This document shows, piece after piece, positions 28,433 to 37,728 of a stretch of DNA of 64,000 nt (position 1 is the stretch's first letter; the number at the start of each line of letters is the position of its first letter). The DNA comes from a bacterium (GTDB lineage Bacteria > Patescibacteriota > Patescibacteriia > Patescibacteriales > GWC2-42-12): the NCBI GenBank assembly GCA_030649205.1, contig JAUSGE010000014.1, positions 28,717 through 92,716 of the forward strand, in the 5' to 3' direction. The notes under the pieces were generated by a model that saw nothing but the letters and a program-made list of their open reading frames with translations, was not told the DNA's origin and searched no databases. The position numbers and the translations under genes were made by a program.

Positions 28433-29238
28433 TTACCGGCGCCAAAGGATTTATCGGTTCGCGCTTAGTATCTTTTTTAAAAGAGGCGGGTTTTGATTTG
28501 GTAAATTTTGCCGCTGATATTACTGATCGTCAAGCGGTTTTAAGCTGGTCAAGCGATAAGAAAATTGAGGCGGTTATTCATCTGGCCGCGATTATGGGCG
28601 GGCGCAATAAAAGTTTGTTTAAAAAGATAAATATTGACGGGACCGGAAACATAATTGAGCTGTGCAAAAAAATCAGAGCCGGCCGTTTAATTTTTATGTC
28701 AAGTTTAAGGGCGCTTTCGTCCGAGCCAGATGATCCTTATGTTAATTCCAAAAAAGAAGCGGAAAAATTAGTTATTGACTCCGGCCTGCCTTATGTAGTT
28801 TTGCGGCCAAGCATGATTTACGGCCCGGGCGATAAAAAAAATATTGGATTTTTGCTAAAAATCGCCAGAACTTTGCCGCTAGTTCCGGTTTTTAATTTTA
28901 GGCTGCAGCCTTTATTTGTTGACGATGTTGCCAGAGTTATTATGGCTTGTTTTAAGGCCGCGCCAAACCAGACAATCAATCTGGCTGGCCAAGAAACTAT
29001 CAGCTATGCCGATTTGCTGGAATTATTAAAAGTTAAAGGTTATAAAATAAGGAGGCTTAACGCGCCGCGGCTGTTTAATTTTTTACTGAAGATTTTTTCT
29101 TGCCTGCCTTTTTCGCCGCTGCCGTATTGGCAGGTCAAAACTCTGTTGGCGGATGAAATTTTTGCAGGCAGCCAATGGCCCGGGAAGTTCAACATAAAGT
29201 GGACTTCTCTGGAGGAGGGAATGGCAAAAGTGGTTTGA
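28420..29238 (+). CDS. NAD-dependent epimerase/dehydratase (atypical SDR)
   Basis: TGAKGFIG, HLAA, YVNSK, LRPSMIYGPGD. Confidence 0.8.
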   Translation: MAVLITGAKGFIGSRLVSFLKEAGFDLVNFAADITDRQAVLSWSSDKKIEAVIHLAAIMGGRNKSLFKKINIDGTGNIIELCKKIRAGRLIFMSSLRALSSEPDDPYVNSKKEAEKLVIDSGLPYVVLRPSMIYGPGDKKNIGFLLKIARTLPLVPVFNFRLQPLFVDDVARVIMACFKAAPNQTINLAGQETISYADLLELLKVKGYKIRRLNAPRLFNFLLKIFSCLPFSPLPYWQVKTLLADEIFAGSQWPGKFNIKWTSLEEGMAKVV

Positions 29239-29372
29239 TTTGTATAAATATTAGCCTTTACTTCACCGATTATTTTTGCTACAGTGGTACAAACAATGCC
29301 TAGACCGCAAGTTTATTCATTATTGGCGATTTTAGCGGGTTTTTGAATATCGGGTTAATTTTCAGACGTTTT

Positions 29373-30665
29373 ATGGCTGACAAAAAATTAAATATTATTA
29401 TTACCGGAGATAATGGCGAGTCTTTGCCGCCTCCTTACGGCGGGATTATTAAACGCTGTTTATTGCACGCGAAAGAATGGAAAGAAAAAGGCGCCGAAGT
29501 TTATCTTCATGTTTATCATCGCCACGAAAAGGAAAACGATTTGGGAGCCGGCGCGAACTATTTTTACGATTTTAAAAAAGAGCCGTCAAAAATTGATAAA
29601 ATATTTTTCGCGGCAAATAATTTTTTACGAAATCCGTTTTTATTTTTTAGGCTGCTTTTACTGCAAATAAAATTAAATCCTAATTTTATCATCGGCCGGT
29701 TTCTATACTGTGCCGGCAGAGGAATTCTGCTTGATAAAAAGATTAAACAAATTGATCCTGATATTTTAATAACCGAAACCGGTTGTTTGCAAAGCGCCGT
29801 CGCTGTTTTTATCGGTAAGAAAAATAATTTGCCCGTGGTTTTAGAAAATTACGCCGAAATTCAGTATCTGCTTGATATTTCAGGGAATAATCAAGCGGAG
29901 CGTTGCGCCAGACTTTGGGATTATCTGGTAAATCAAGCCGATGCCGTCGTTTCCGCTTCCAAACATTGTTCGCAGGGACCGAAAAAGTATGTCAGAGATG
30001 AATCCAGGATTAAAATTATTTATAGCGGCATCAATTTTAATATTTTTAACGCCCAGGCCGGAAAAGACAAGGCGGCGGCGCGAAAAGAATTCGGGCTGCC
30101 GCATGACAAATTTTTGGTGATGGCGGTCGGCGCGTTAAAGATGCGGAAAGGCCATGACCAACTGCTGGAAGCTTTACTTATAATGCCGGACGATGTTTTG
30201 AACAAGATAAATGTGGTTATTTGCGGTATGGGGTCGGTTGGCGATTTGATAAAAAAAGCCGGAGAAATCGGTTTTCCCCATAAGTCGTTAAAGATTTTTC
30301 AGGGTTTAAGCGAAGAGTCTTTGGCTCAGCTTTATTCTTCGGCTGATTGTTTCTGTTTTCCTTCCATAACCCCGCGAGAATGCATGGGCATGGCGATGAA
30401 AGAGGCGATGGCGGTTGGCTTGCCGATAGTTGCCTATAATGCGGGCGGAATCAAAGAGGCGATTGAGCAAGGGATTAACGGTTTTTTGGCGCCGGTTGGC
30501 GATCAGGAATCTTTGGCGCTGGCGATAAAAAAGATGATGGATCTGGGATTAAGCGGAAGATCTTTTTTAAGCCAAAGTAACATCATTAAGGCCAGGCATT
30601 TTTTTGACATAAAAAAAACGGCGGAGCAATTATATCAAGTGCTATTAAAATTAGTTTTAAAATAA
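29373..30665 (+). CDS. GT4 family glycosyltransferase
   Basis: PPYGG, RKGH, ECMGMAMKEAM. Confidence 0.85.
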   Translation: MADKKLNIIITGDNGESLPPPYGGIIKRCLLHAKEWKEKGAEVYLHVYHRHEKENDLGAGANYFYDFKKEPSKIDKIFFAANNFLRNPFLFFRLLLLQIKLNPNFIIGRFLYCAGRGILLDKKIKQIDPDILITETGCLQSAVAVFIGKKNNLPVVLENYAEIQYLLDISGNNQAERCARLWDYLVNQADAVVSASKHCSQGPKKYVRDESRIKIIYSGINFNIFNAQAGKDKAAARKEFGLPHDKFLVMAVGALKMRKGHDQLLEALLIMPDDVLNKINVVICGMGSVGDLIKKAGEIGFPHKSLKIFQGLSEESLAQLYSSADCFCFPSITPRECMGMAMKEAMAVGLPIVAYNAGGIKEAIEQGINGFLAPVGDQESLALAIKKMMDLGLSGRSFLSQSNIIKARHFFDIKKTAEQLYQVLLKLVLK

Positions 30666-30677
30666 TATTGATTCAAT

Positions 30678-31775
30678 ATGAAAAAAATTCCGTTGGCTAA
30701 ACCAGATCTAAGCGGCAATGAAATTAAATATGTCAATGAGGTTATCGCCAAACAAGGGAGAATTTCTTCCAGCGGCTATTATCTTGATAAATTTGAAGGC
30801 ATGGCCGCCAGAAGATTCAAAAGGAAATTCGCTTTAAGCTGCTCTAACGGAACAACGGCTTTGCATCTCGCTCTCTTAAGTCTGGGCATCGGGCCGGGGG
30901 ACGAGGTGATTGTGCCGACCATGACTTTTGCCGCCTGCGCGGCGGCCATAGTTTATTGCGGTGCCAGGCCGGTTTTTATTGATTCCAATCTTCAAGATTG
31001 GACGATTGATGTTTTGCAGCTGGATGCAAAAAAGACCAGCCGCACCCGCGCGGTGCTGGCGGTGGATCTTTATGGCATGCCGGCCAACTATGATATTTTG
31101 CCGGCTTGGTGCAAAAAAAATAAGATTTATTTAATTGAAGACGCGGCCGAGGCCCATGGCGCGTGCTTTGCCGGGAAGCCGGTTGGCAGTTTTGGCCAAG
31201 TAAGCTGTTTCTCTTTTTATGGCAATAAAGTTTTAACTACCGGCGAAGGCGGCGTTTGCCTGACCGATGATAAAGCACTGTATAATCGGATGAAAGTTTT
31301 AAAAAATCACGGCATGAGATCGGCCGGGCTTTATGATCATGATATAGTCGGTTTTAATTATCGCTTGACTAATTTGCAGGCGGCAATTGGTTGCGCTCAA
31401 TTTGAAAGATTTAATGAATTTTTGGCTAAGCGAGAGCAGCTTGATCGGTGGTATCATGAGTTTTTGGGCGGGACTGAAGAAATAATTTTTCAAAAATATG
31501 ATCAGAAAAAAATCAGTCCGGTTTGCTGGCTTTTCAGTTGTGTGGTTAAAAAAAATAGCCAATTAATCCGCAGCAAATTGACTGGCAAAGGCATTGAAAA
31601 TCGAGCGTTTTTTAAGCCGCTGCATTTGCAAAAACCCTATAAGCGATATTGTCTGAATCAAAAATTCCCCAAGGCCGAATATCTTTATAAGCATGGTTTA
31701 ACCTTGCCGGCTTTTATTGATTTGACCAAAAGAGAAATTAAGCGTATCAGCGATTATTTACTGGCCAGTTTTTAA
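30678..31775 (+). CDS. DegT/DnrJ aminotransferase, GDP-perosamine synthase-like
   Basis: SNGTTALHLAL, EDAAEAHG, SFYGNKVLTTGEGG, NYRLTNLQAA. Lies near gmd. Confidence 0.85.
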   Translation: MKKIPLAKPDLSGNEIKYVNEVIAKQGRISSSGYYLDKFEGMAARRFKRKFALSCSNGTTALHLALLSLGIGPGDEVIVPTMTFAACAAAIVYCGARPVFIDSNLQDWTIDVLQLDAKKTSRTRAVLAVDLYGMPANYDILPAWCKKNKIYLIEDAAEAHGACFAGKPVGSFGQVSCFSFYGNKVLTTGEGGVCLTDDKALYNRMKVLKNHGMRSAGLYDHDIVGFNYRLTNLQAAIGCAQFERFNEFLAKREQLDRWYHEFLGGTEEIIFQKYDQKKISPVCWLFSCVVKKNSQLIRSKLTGKGIENRAFFKPLHLQKPYKRYCLNQKFPKAEYLYKHGLTLPAFIDLTKREIKRISDYLLASF

Positions 31776-31796
31776 CGGAAAAATAAGAATTTTTTT

Positions 31797-32429
31797 ATGA
31801 GTTATTATTCGGAAATTGAATATAAGAAAAAAAAGACGGACGAGCTTTGGTTTGAAAAATTATATTTTGATCGCTGGTTTAAAAATTGTTCCGGTCCAAT
31901 CTTAGACATCGGCTGTTCAGCCGGTAATTTTTTAGCGGTGGCGCCGGAAATAATTGAAGGAATTGACCTTGATGACGAGGCGTTGGAAATTGCTCTTGCC
32001 AGAGGCTTAAAAGTTAAAAAAGTTGACATTGAATCGGGAATGAAAAATATTGAAAATGAATATTACGCGGCGATTTACGCCAAACATGTTTTGGAGCACC
32101 TGGATAAGCCGTTAGAATTTCTACGGGAGATTAAAAGAATCTTAAAGCCCGGCGGCCGGGCGATAATTTCTACCCCAAACTGTCCCTATATGTTAAATAA
32201 GAATTTTTGGGATGATTATACGCATAAAAGGCCGTTTACCCGGCAGAGTTTAAAAATGATTGCTTTTGACGCAGGCTGGTTTAGGATAAAAATTTATGAA
32301 GATTTTCGCTGTTTTCCGGGATTGGGAAAAATAATGAGATGGTTTTCATTATCACCTAAGCTGGTTAGAGATACTCAATCTTTTTTTGGCGTTAACGGAT
32401 TGTCATTAATTTTAGAGTTAAAAAAATAA
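31797..32429 (+). CDS. Class I SAM-dependent methyltransferase
   Basis: LDIGCSAG, HVLEHL, LKPGG, STPN, FWDDYTH. Confidence 0.88.
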   Translation: MSYYSEIEYKKKKTDELWFEKLYFDRWFKNCSGPILDIGCSAGNFLAVAPEIIEGIDLDDEALEIALARGLKVKKVDIESGMKNIENEYYAAIYAKHVLEHLDKPLEFLREIKRILKPGGRAIISTPNCPYMLNKNFWDDYTHKRPFTRQSLKMIAFDAGWFRIKIYEDFRCFPGLGKIMRWFSLSPKLVRDTQSFFGVNGLSLILELKK

Positions 32430-32440
32430 ATAATTTATTT

Positions 32441-33439
32441 ATGAAAAGAGCGTTAATTATAGGCATTACCGGCCAAGACGGTCCGTACTTAGCCAAGTTA
32501 TTAGTCAATAAAGGTTATAAGGTTTATGGCGGTTATCGGCGATCCAGCACTAGGAATTTATGGCGGCTTCATTATTTAGACGTTAAAAAGGACGTAGAAT
32601 TAATTTCTTTGGATTTAATCGATCAGACTTCCATTATGGCGGCGATTAAGCAATCCCGGCCCGATGAAATTTATAATTTAGCGGCTCAAAGTTTTGTCGG
32701 AGTTTCTTTTGAGGAAGCGATAGCGACCGGAGAAATTACCGGGCTCGGCGTAACACGGATTTTGGATTCAATCAGACAGACAAATCCAAGAATTAAGTTT
32801 TATCAGGCCTCGACTTCGGAAATGTTTGGCGATGCTTTGCCGCCGCAAAGCGAAAAGACGCTTTTTGAACCCAACAGTCCTTATGCCGCGGCCAAGCTTT
32901 ATGCCCATTGGGCAACCAAAAGCTATCGCCAAGGCTATGGCTTGTTCGCTTGCTCCGGCATTTTATTTAATCATGAATCGCCGATTCGCGGCATTGAATT
33001 TGTGACCAGAAAAATTACTGATGGGGTGGCGCGGATAAAAATGGGTTACAGCGATAAAATTTATTTAGGCAACCTGGACGCCAAGCGCGACTGGGGGTTT
33101 GCCGGAGATTATGTTGAAGCGATGTGGCTAATGTTACAGCAAAAAAAAGCTGATGATTATGTTATCGCGACCGGCGAAAGCCATACGGTTAAAGAATTTT
33201 GCGAAGAAGCTTTTTCTTGTGTCGGGCTTAATTGGCAAAAATATGTGGAAGTTGATAAAAAGTTTTTGCGTCCTAATGACGTCCATTATCTTTTAGGAGA
33301 TCCAGCTAAAGCGAAAAAAGAACTTAATTGGCAGCCCAAAGTTAATTTTAAAGAGTTGGTCAAAATGATGGTGGAGGCGGATTTGGAAAAATATCAGAAC
33401 CCCCTAAAGCACACCCGGCAGTTTTTAAAGCATATTTAA
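32441..33439 (+). CDS. gmd: GDP-mannose 4,6-dehydratase
   Basis: GITGQDG, NLAAQSFV, FYQASTSE, ILFNHESP, FVTRKI, GNLDAKRDWG. Confidence 0.95.
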   Translation: MKRALIIGITGQDGPYLAKLLVNKGYKVYGGYRRSSTRNLWRLHYLDVKKDVELISLDLIDQTSIMAAIKQSRPDEIYNLAAQSFVGVSFEEAIATGEITGLGVTRILDSIRQTNPRIKFYQASTSEMFGDALPPQSEKTLFEPNSPYAAAKLYAHWATKSYRQGYGLFACSGILFNHESPIRGIEFVTRKITDGVARIKMGYSDKIYLGNLDAKRDWGFAGDYVEAMWLMLQQKKADDYVIATGESHTVKEFCEEAFSCVGLNWQKYVEVDKKFLRPNDVHYLLGDPAKAKKELNWQPKVNFKELVKMMVEADLEKYQNPLKHTRQFLKHI

Positions 33440-33441
33440 TT

Positions 33442-34554
33442 ATGAAATTAATTTATTTAACCGACTTTGGCTTGCCGACCGAGTGGGCGCATGGGATTCA
33501 AGTAATGAAAATGTGCGAGGCCTTTAGCGGCCAGGGCGTTGAAATAGAGTTGGTGGCGCCTCGACGCCGCAATGAAATAAAAACGGACTCGTTTGCTTAT
33601 TATGGCGTAAAAAAAATTTTTAGGCTGACTAAACTGCCTTGCCTTGATTTTTGTCCCGGCAATACTAATAGTTTTTATTTTTGGCTGCGCATAGTTAGCT
33701 TTTTGCTGGTAGCTAAATTTTATTTTTTAATTAAAGATTTTGATGCGTTATACGCCAGAGATCAAATTGCCGGCTTATTCTTTAATGATTTTATTCTGGA
33801 AATTCATTCGCTGCCTGAATTGATCAAGCCTCGGCATAGAAAAGTATGGAGGAAAGCGGACAAGCTGTTGGTTTTAACAAGTTTTGCAAAAGAGAGATTG
33901 GTAAAAGAGGGGATCGGCGAGGATAAAATTTTGGTAACGCCGGACGCCGTTGATTTAAAAGACTTTGATATCAGCGCGGCTAAAGAGCAACTAAGGCAGG
34001 AGCTGGCCTTGCCCCTTGATAAAAAAATAATTATGTACGCGGGCAGTTTTTATTTGCATGACTGGAAGGGTGTTGACATTTTATTGGCATCAGCGGAATA
34101 TTTTGATCGAGACTGGGTTTTAATGTTAGCGGGCGGCGAGGCGGAAGAAATAGAAATGATTAAAGAAAAATATGGTTCGCCGAATATTCTATTGGTTGGC
34201 CGTAAGCTCCATCAAGAAATACCCCGGTATCTTAAAGCAGCCGATGTTTTGATTTTACCTAATAAAAAAGGCAAAGATATTTCTGAAAAATATACCTCGC
34301 CTTTGAAATTGTTTGAATATATGGCTTCTGACAGGCCGATTGTTGCTTCTGATTTGCCTTCAATCAGGGAAATTCTAAATGATAAAAACTCCGTCTTGGT
34401 AAAACCGAATTCGCCTAAAAATTTAGCCCTCGGCATTAGAAAATTAATTCAAGATGATATTTTTTCAAAACGATTAACCGGGCAGGCTTTGCGTGACGCG
34501 CAAAATTATACCTGGGAAAGAAGAGCGAAAAAAATAATTGAATTTATTAAATAA
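33442..34554 (+). CDS. GT4 family glycosyltransferase
   Basis: AHGIQVMKMCEAF, WKGVD, YTSPLKLFEYMAS. Confidence 0.88.
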   Translation: MKLIYLTDFGLPTEWAHGIQVMKMCEAFSGQGVEIELVAPRRRNEIKTDSFAYYGVKKIFRLTKLPCLDFCPGNTNSFYFWLRIVSFLLVAKFYFLIKDFDALYARDQIAGLFFNDFILEIHSLPELIKPRHRKVWRKADKLLVLTSFAKERLVKEGIGEDKILVTPDAVDLKDFDISAAKEQLRQELALPLDKKIIMYAGSFYLHDWKGVDILLASAEYFDRDWVLMLAGGEAEEIEMIKEKYGSPNILLVGRKLHQEIPRYLKAADVLILPNKKGKDISEKYTSPLKLFEYMASDRPIVASDLPSIREILNDKNSVLVKPNSPKNLALGIRKLIQDDIFSKRLTGQALRDAQNYTWERRAKKIIEFIK

Positions 34555-34556
34555 AA

Positions 34557-34584
34557 AATTGCCGCGCAAAAAAAAGCGGCAATT
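34557..34584. terminator. Stem-loop, possible terminator or processing site
   Basis: AATTGCCGC / GCGGCAATT stem just after the stop codon. No clear U-tract on the + strand. Confidence 0.4.
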
Positions 34585-34613
34585 GCCGGTATCTTAAGAT
34601 AAGATAATAATTT

Positions 34614-35336
34614 ATGAAATTGACAATTAACAGCTTAAGCATTTTTTTCCCTTGTTATAACGACAAGGGAACGATCGGGAAAATGATAGCCGAGTCGGCC
34701 AAGACGGCCGAAGCTTTAGGCATTAAAGATTACGAAATTATCGTTACGGATGACGGCAGTACTGACGGTTCGCGCGAATTGTTGGCGGATTTGCAAAAAT
34801 CCGATTCCCGGCTTAAAGTTATTTATCACGAGAAAAATCGCGGCTACGGCGCGGCGCTTAAAAGCGGCTTCGCCCGGGCCGGCAAAGAATGGATTTTTTA
34901 TACTGACGGCGACGCGCAGTATGACGTAAAAGAGCTGGCCTTATTGGTCGGCGCGCTGGAAGAAGGCGTTGATTTGGTTAATGGCTATAAGATGAAGCGC
35001 CAGGACACTTTTGACCGGATTATAATCGGCAAAATTTACCAATGGGTAATGAAAGCGGTTTTTTTGCTTAAAATAAGAGACGTGGATTGCGATTATCGCT
35101 TATTCAGGAAAGCCAAGCTGGATGAAATAATCTTGAAAAGCAACGACGGCAGCATGTGCGTTGAATTATCTCGCCGGCTGCAAAATGCCGGAGCCGTGGC
35201 CCGCCAAGTGCCAGTGCACCATTTCTCCCGCACCTACGGGCATTCGCAGTTTTTTACCTTTAAGAGAGTGTCCAGGACATTATTGACTTTGGCGAAATTA
35301 TGGTGGGAGCTGGTTTTGCTCGGACGGACAAAATAA
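34614..35336 (+). CDS. GT2, DPM1-like glycosyltransferase
   Basis: FFPCYND, TDDGSTDG, NRGYGAAL, TDGDAQYD, DVDCDYRL. Confidence 0.88.
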   Translation: MKLTINSLSIFFPCYNDKGTIGKMIAESAKTAEALGIKDYEIIVTDDGSTDGSRELLADLQKSDSRLKVIYHEKNRGYGAALKSGFARAGKEWIFYTDGDAQYDVKELALLVGALEEGVDLVNGYKMKRQDTFDRIIIGKIYQWVMKAVFLLKIRDVDCDYRLFRKAKLDEIILKSNDGSMCVELSRRLQNAGAVARQVPVHHFSRTYGHSQFFTFKRVSRTLLTLAKLWWELVLLGRTK

Positions 35337-35344
35337 GATACTAT

Positions 35345-35932
35345 ATGATTAAAGAGATTACAAATTATTTAGAACAGCACCCTGTTATTTTAAATTTTTT
35401 AAGAAAATTTCTTGAGGGCGGCCATAAGGGAGAAATTGAGGTCATAAAGCGTGAACTGCCGGACAGATTGGAGCGGCGCGCTCTTGATTTAGGTTGCGGC
35501 ACCGGGGTGTTTTCACCGTTTTTTGGCAAAGATTATGCCGGCGTTGATATTTCGGAAGCGTATATTAATTATGCCCGCCGCCGCTATAATAAAACTTTTA
35601 AAGCTATGGACGCCCGCCGACTGGCTTTTCCCGGCCAATCATTTGATATCGTCTGGGTGAACGGCGTATTGCATCATCTTGATGATGCCTCGGTCAGGCA
35701 GATATTAAAAGAGATTAAACGAGTTTTGAAGACCGGCGGCCGGGTAATCATTATGGAAGATACACCGGGCGTTAAATTTATTTCTAAAATAGTCAGGAGC
35801 CTGGATGCTGGAGGATATATTCGGCCGGCTGAAGGGTATCGCCGCTTAATCCGGGAGCAGTTTATTATTAGAAAAGAATACCCCTTGCGCACCGGCGTCT
35901 GCGATTATCAGGTTTTTGTAATAAATATATGA
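35345..35932 (+). CDS. Class I SAM-dependent methyltransferase
   Basis: LDLGCGTG, GVDIS, VLHHL, RVLKTGG. Confidence 0.88.
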   Translation: MIKEITNYLEQHPVILNFLRKFLEGGHKGEIEVIKRELPDRLERRALDLGCGTGVFSPFFGKDYAGVDISEAYINYARRRYNKTFKAMDARRLAFPGQSFDIVWVNGVLHHLDDASVRQILKEIKRVLKTGGRVIIMEDTPGVKFISKIVRSLDAGGYIRPAEGYRRLIREQFIIRKEYPLRTGVCDYQVFVINI

Positions 35933-36354
35933 TAAATAAAATAAAAGTAAAAAACGCCAAGATTATTAAATTGCAGTTTTTCAATGATTTTCCTGATGGC
36001 AATTTGGTGATTGGCGAAGAAAAAAAGAGCGTGCCTTTCGCCATTAAACGGTTCTATTTTATAAATAATTTATTTAATAAAAAGGCGATCCGCGGCCTGC
36101 ACGCCCATAAAAAATTAAAGCAAATTATTTTGTGCGTTAACGGGTCGTTTGAATTGCATTTAGACGACGGCCGGACTAAGCAAAAAATAATCATGAACGA
36201 TCCTTATACCGGCATTTATTTGGGCTCAAAAGTCTGGCGCGTCATGAAGAAATTTTCCTCGGACTGCGTTATCTTGGTAGTGGCCAGCGATTATTATAAA
36301 GAAAGCGATTATTTCCGCGATTATCAAAAATTTTTAAAGTCCGTGAATGAATAG
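35929..36354 (+). CDS. fdtA: FdtA/QdtA-like sugar 3,4-ketoisomerase (cupin)
   Basis: GNL, PFAIKRFY, RGLHAH, LDDG, ASDYY...DY. Confidence 0.85.
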   Translation: MINKIKVKNAKIIKLQFFNDFPDGNLVIGEEKKSVPFAIKRFYFINNLFNKKAIRGLHAHKKLKQIILCVNGSFELHLDDGRTKQKIIMNDPYTGIYLGSKVWRVMKKFSSDCVILVVASDYYKESDYFRDYQKFLKSVNE

Positions 36355-36368
36355 CCGGTATTTTTTTT

Positions 36369-37457
36369 ATGATAAAATTTATTGATTTAACCAGGGAATA
36401 CAATTTTATAAAAACTGAAGTTAATCAGGCAATTGGGCGAGTTTTAAAAAGCGGGCGGTTTATTTTGGGCCGCGAAGTAGAAAGTTTTGAAAAAGAATTT
36501 GCGGCTTATTGCGGAGTCAAATATTGCGTCGGCGTGGCTTCGGGAACCGATGCCCTGTTTTTGTCGTTAAAAGCGCTTGGCATCGGTGTTGGCGATGAGG
36601 TGATTACGGCGGCGAATTCCTTTGTCGCTACGGCTCTGGCGGTTGAACTGGCCGGCGCCAAGCCGGTTTTTGCTGATGTAAATCCGTTGACTTATAATCT
36701 TGACCTTGATAAAATTGAAAAGAAAATCAGTTTCCGCGCCAAAGCGATTATTCCGGTTCATCTTTATGGGCAATTGACTGAGATGGAAGAGATAAAAAAA
36801 ATAGCGCGCCGGCGCGGTCTTAAAATTATTGAAGATGCCTGCCAGGCGCACGGCGCGAGCTTATTCGGCAAAAAAGCCGGAGCCTGGGGCGACGCCGCGG
36901 CTTTCAGTTTTTATCCCAGCAAAAATTTAGGCGCTTACGGCGACGGGGGAGCGATTATTACCAATGATAAAAATATTTACGAGAAATTGCTCTTTTTAAG
37001 ATTTTACGGCCAGACCGAGCCTTATCGGTCAGATTTTTTTGGCATTAACAGCCGCCTGGATGAACTGCAGGCGGCGGCGCTGCGCGTAAAATTAAAATAT
37101 CTGGATAAATGGAATCAACGCCGCCGGGAAATCGCGGCTATATATCGTCAGTATATCACTAATCCGGCCGTGATATTGCCCGAGGGCAAGAATCAGGCCG
37201 GCCACGTTTTTCATTTATTCGTTGTCAGGACAAAACAGCGCGACGCTTTAAGGAAGTTTTTGAAAAAAAACGGAGTTGAAACTTTAATCCATTACCCTAT
37301 CGCTTTGACGCGTCAGCCGGTTTTTAAAAAACTGGCCGGCGCTAAATGCCCCATAGCTGAACAAATGGCCGGCGAAATTTTTTCTTTGCCCATGTATCCG
37401 TTTTTAAAAAATGAGGAAATCAAGAAAATCGCAATGGTTATAAATAGGTTTATATAA
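36369..37457 (+). CDS. FdtB/QdtB-like 3-aminotransferase (DegT family)
   Basis: EDACQAHG, SFYPSKNLGAYGDGG, NSRLDELQAA. Directly follows fdtA. Confidence 0.85.
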   Translation: MIKFIDLTREYNFIKTEVNQAIGRVLKSGRFILGREVESFEKEFAAYCGVKYCVGVASGTDALFLSLKALGIGVGDEVITAANSFVATALAVELAGAKPVFADVNPLTYNLDLDKIEKKISFRAKAIIPVHLYGQLTEMEEIKKIARRRGLKIIEDACQAHGASLFGKKAGAWGDAAAFSFYPSKNLGAYGDGGAIITNDKNIYEKLLFLRFYGQTEPYRSDFFGINSRLDELQAAALRVKLKYLDKWNQRRREIAAIYRQYITNPAVILPEGKNQAGHVFHLFVVRTKQRDALRKFLKKNGVETLIHYPIALTRQPVFKKLAGAKCPIAEQMAGEIFSLPMYPFLKNEEIKKIAMVINRFI

Positions 37458-37463
37458 ATTTTT

Positions 37464-37724
37464 ATGCGGCATTTAAGAAGAATGTTTTTAGCCTATTTCC
37501 GGACAGAGTACGTAAAAAAACAGATTTTATCAAGAAAAGGCGAGTGCGGGCATCACGGTTGCTGCGGCGACTCGCCGTGGTCATGGTTTTTTACCAGAAA
37601 ATGCCTTAAGGGAAAAGATTGTTTAAAATGGAGTAATTTGCCATATTATTGCAAATTATATCCGATAGATGAAAAAGATAAAGCGCCTAAAACAAAAAAA
37701 TATTGTAATTTTTATTGGGATTGA
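37464..37724 (+). CDS. Small Cys-rich putative metal-binding protein (YkgJ/CxxCxxCC-like)
   Basis: RKGECGHHGCC...C...C...CKLYP...C. Fills the gap in the operon. Confidence 0.55.
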   Translation: MRHLRRMFLAYFRTEYVKKQILSRKGECGHHGCCGDSPWSWFFTRKCLKGKDCLKWSNLPYYCKLYPIDEKDKAPKTKKYCNFYWD

Positions 37725-37728
37725 TTAT

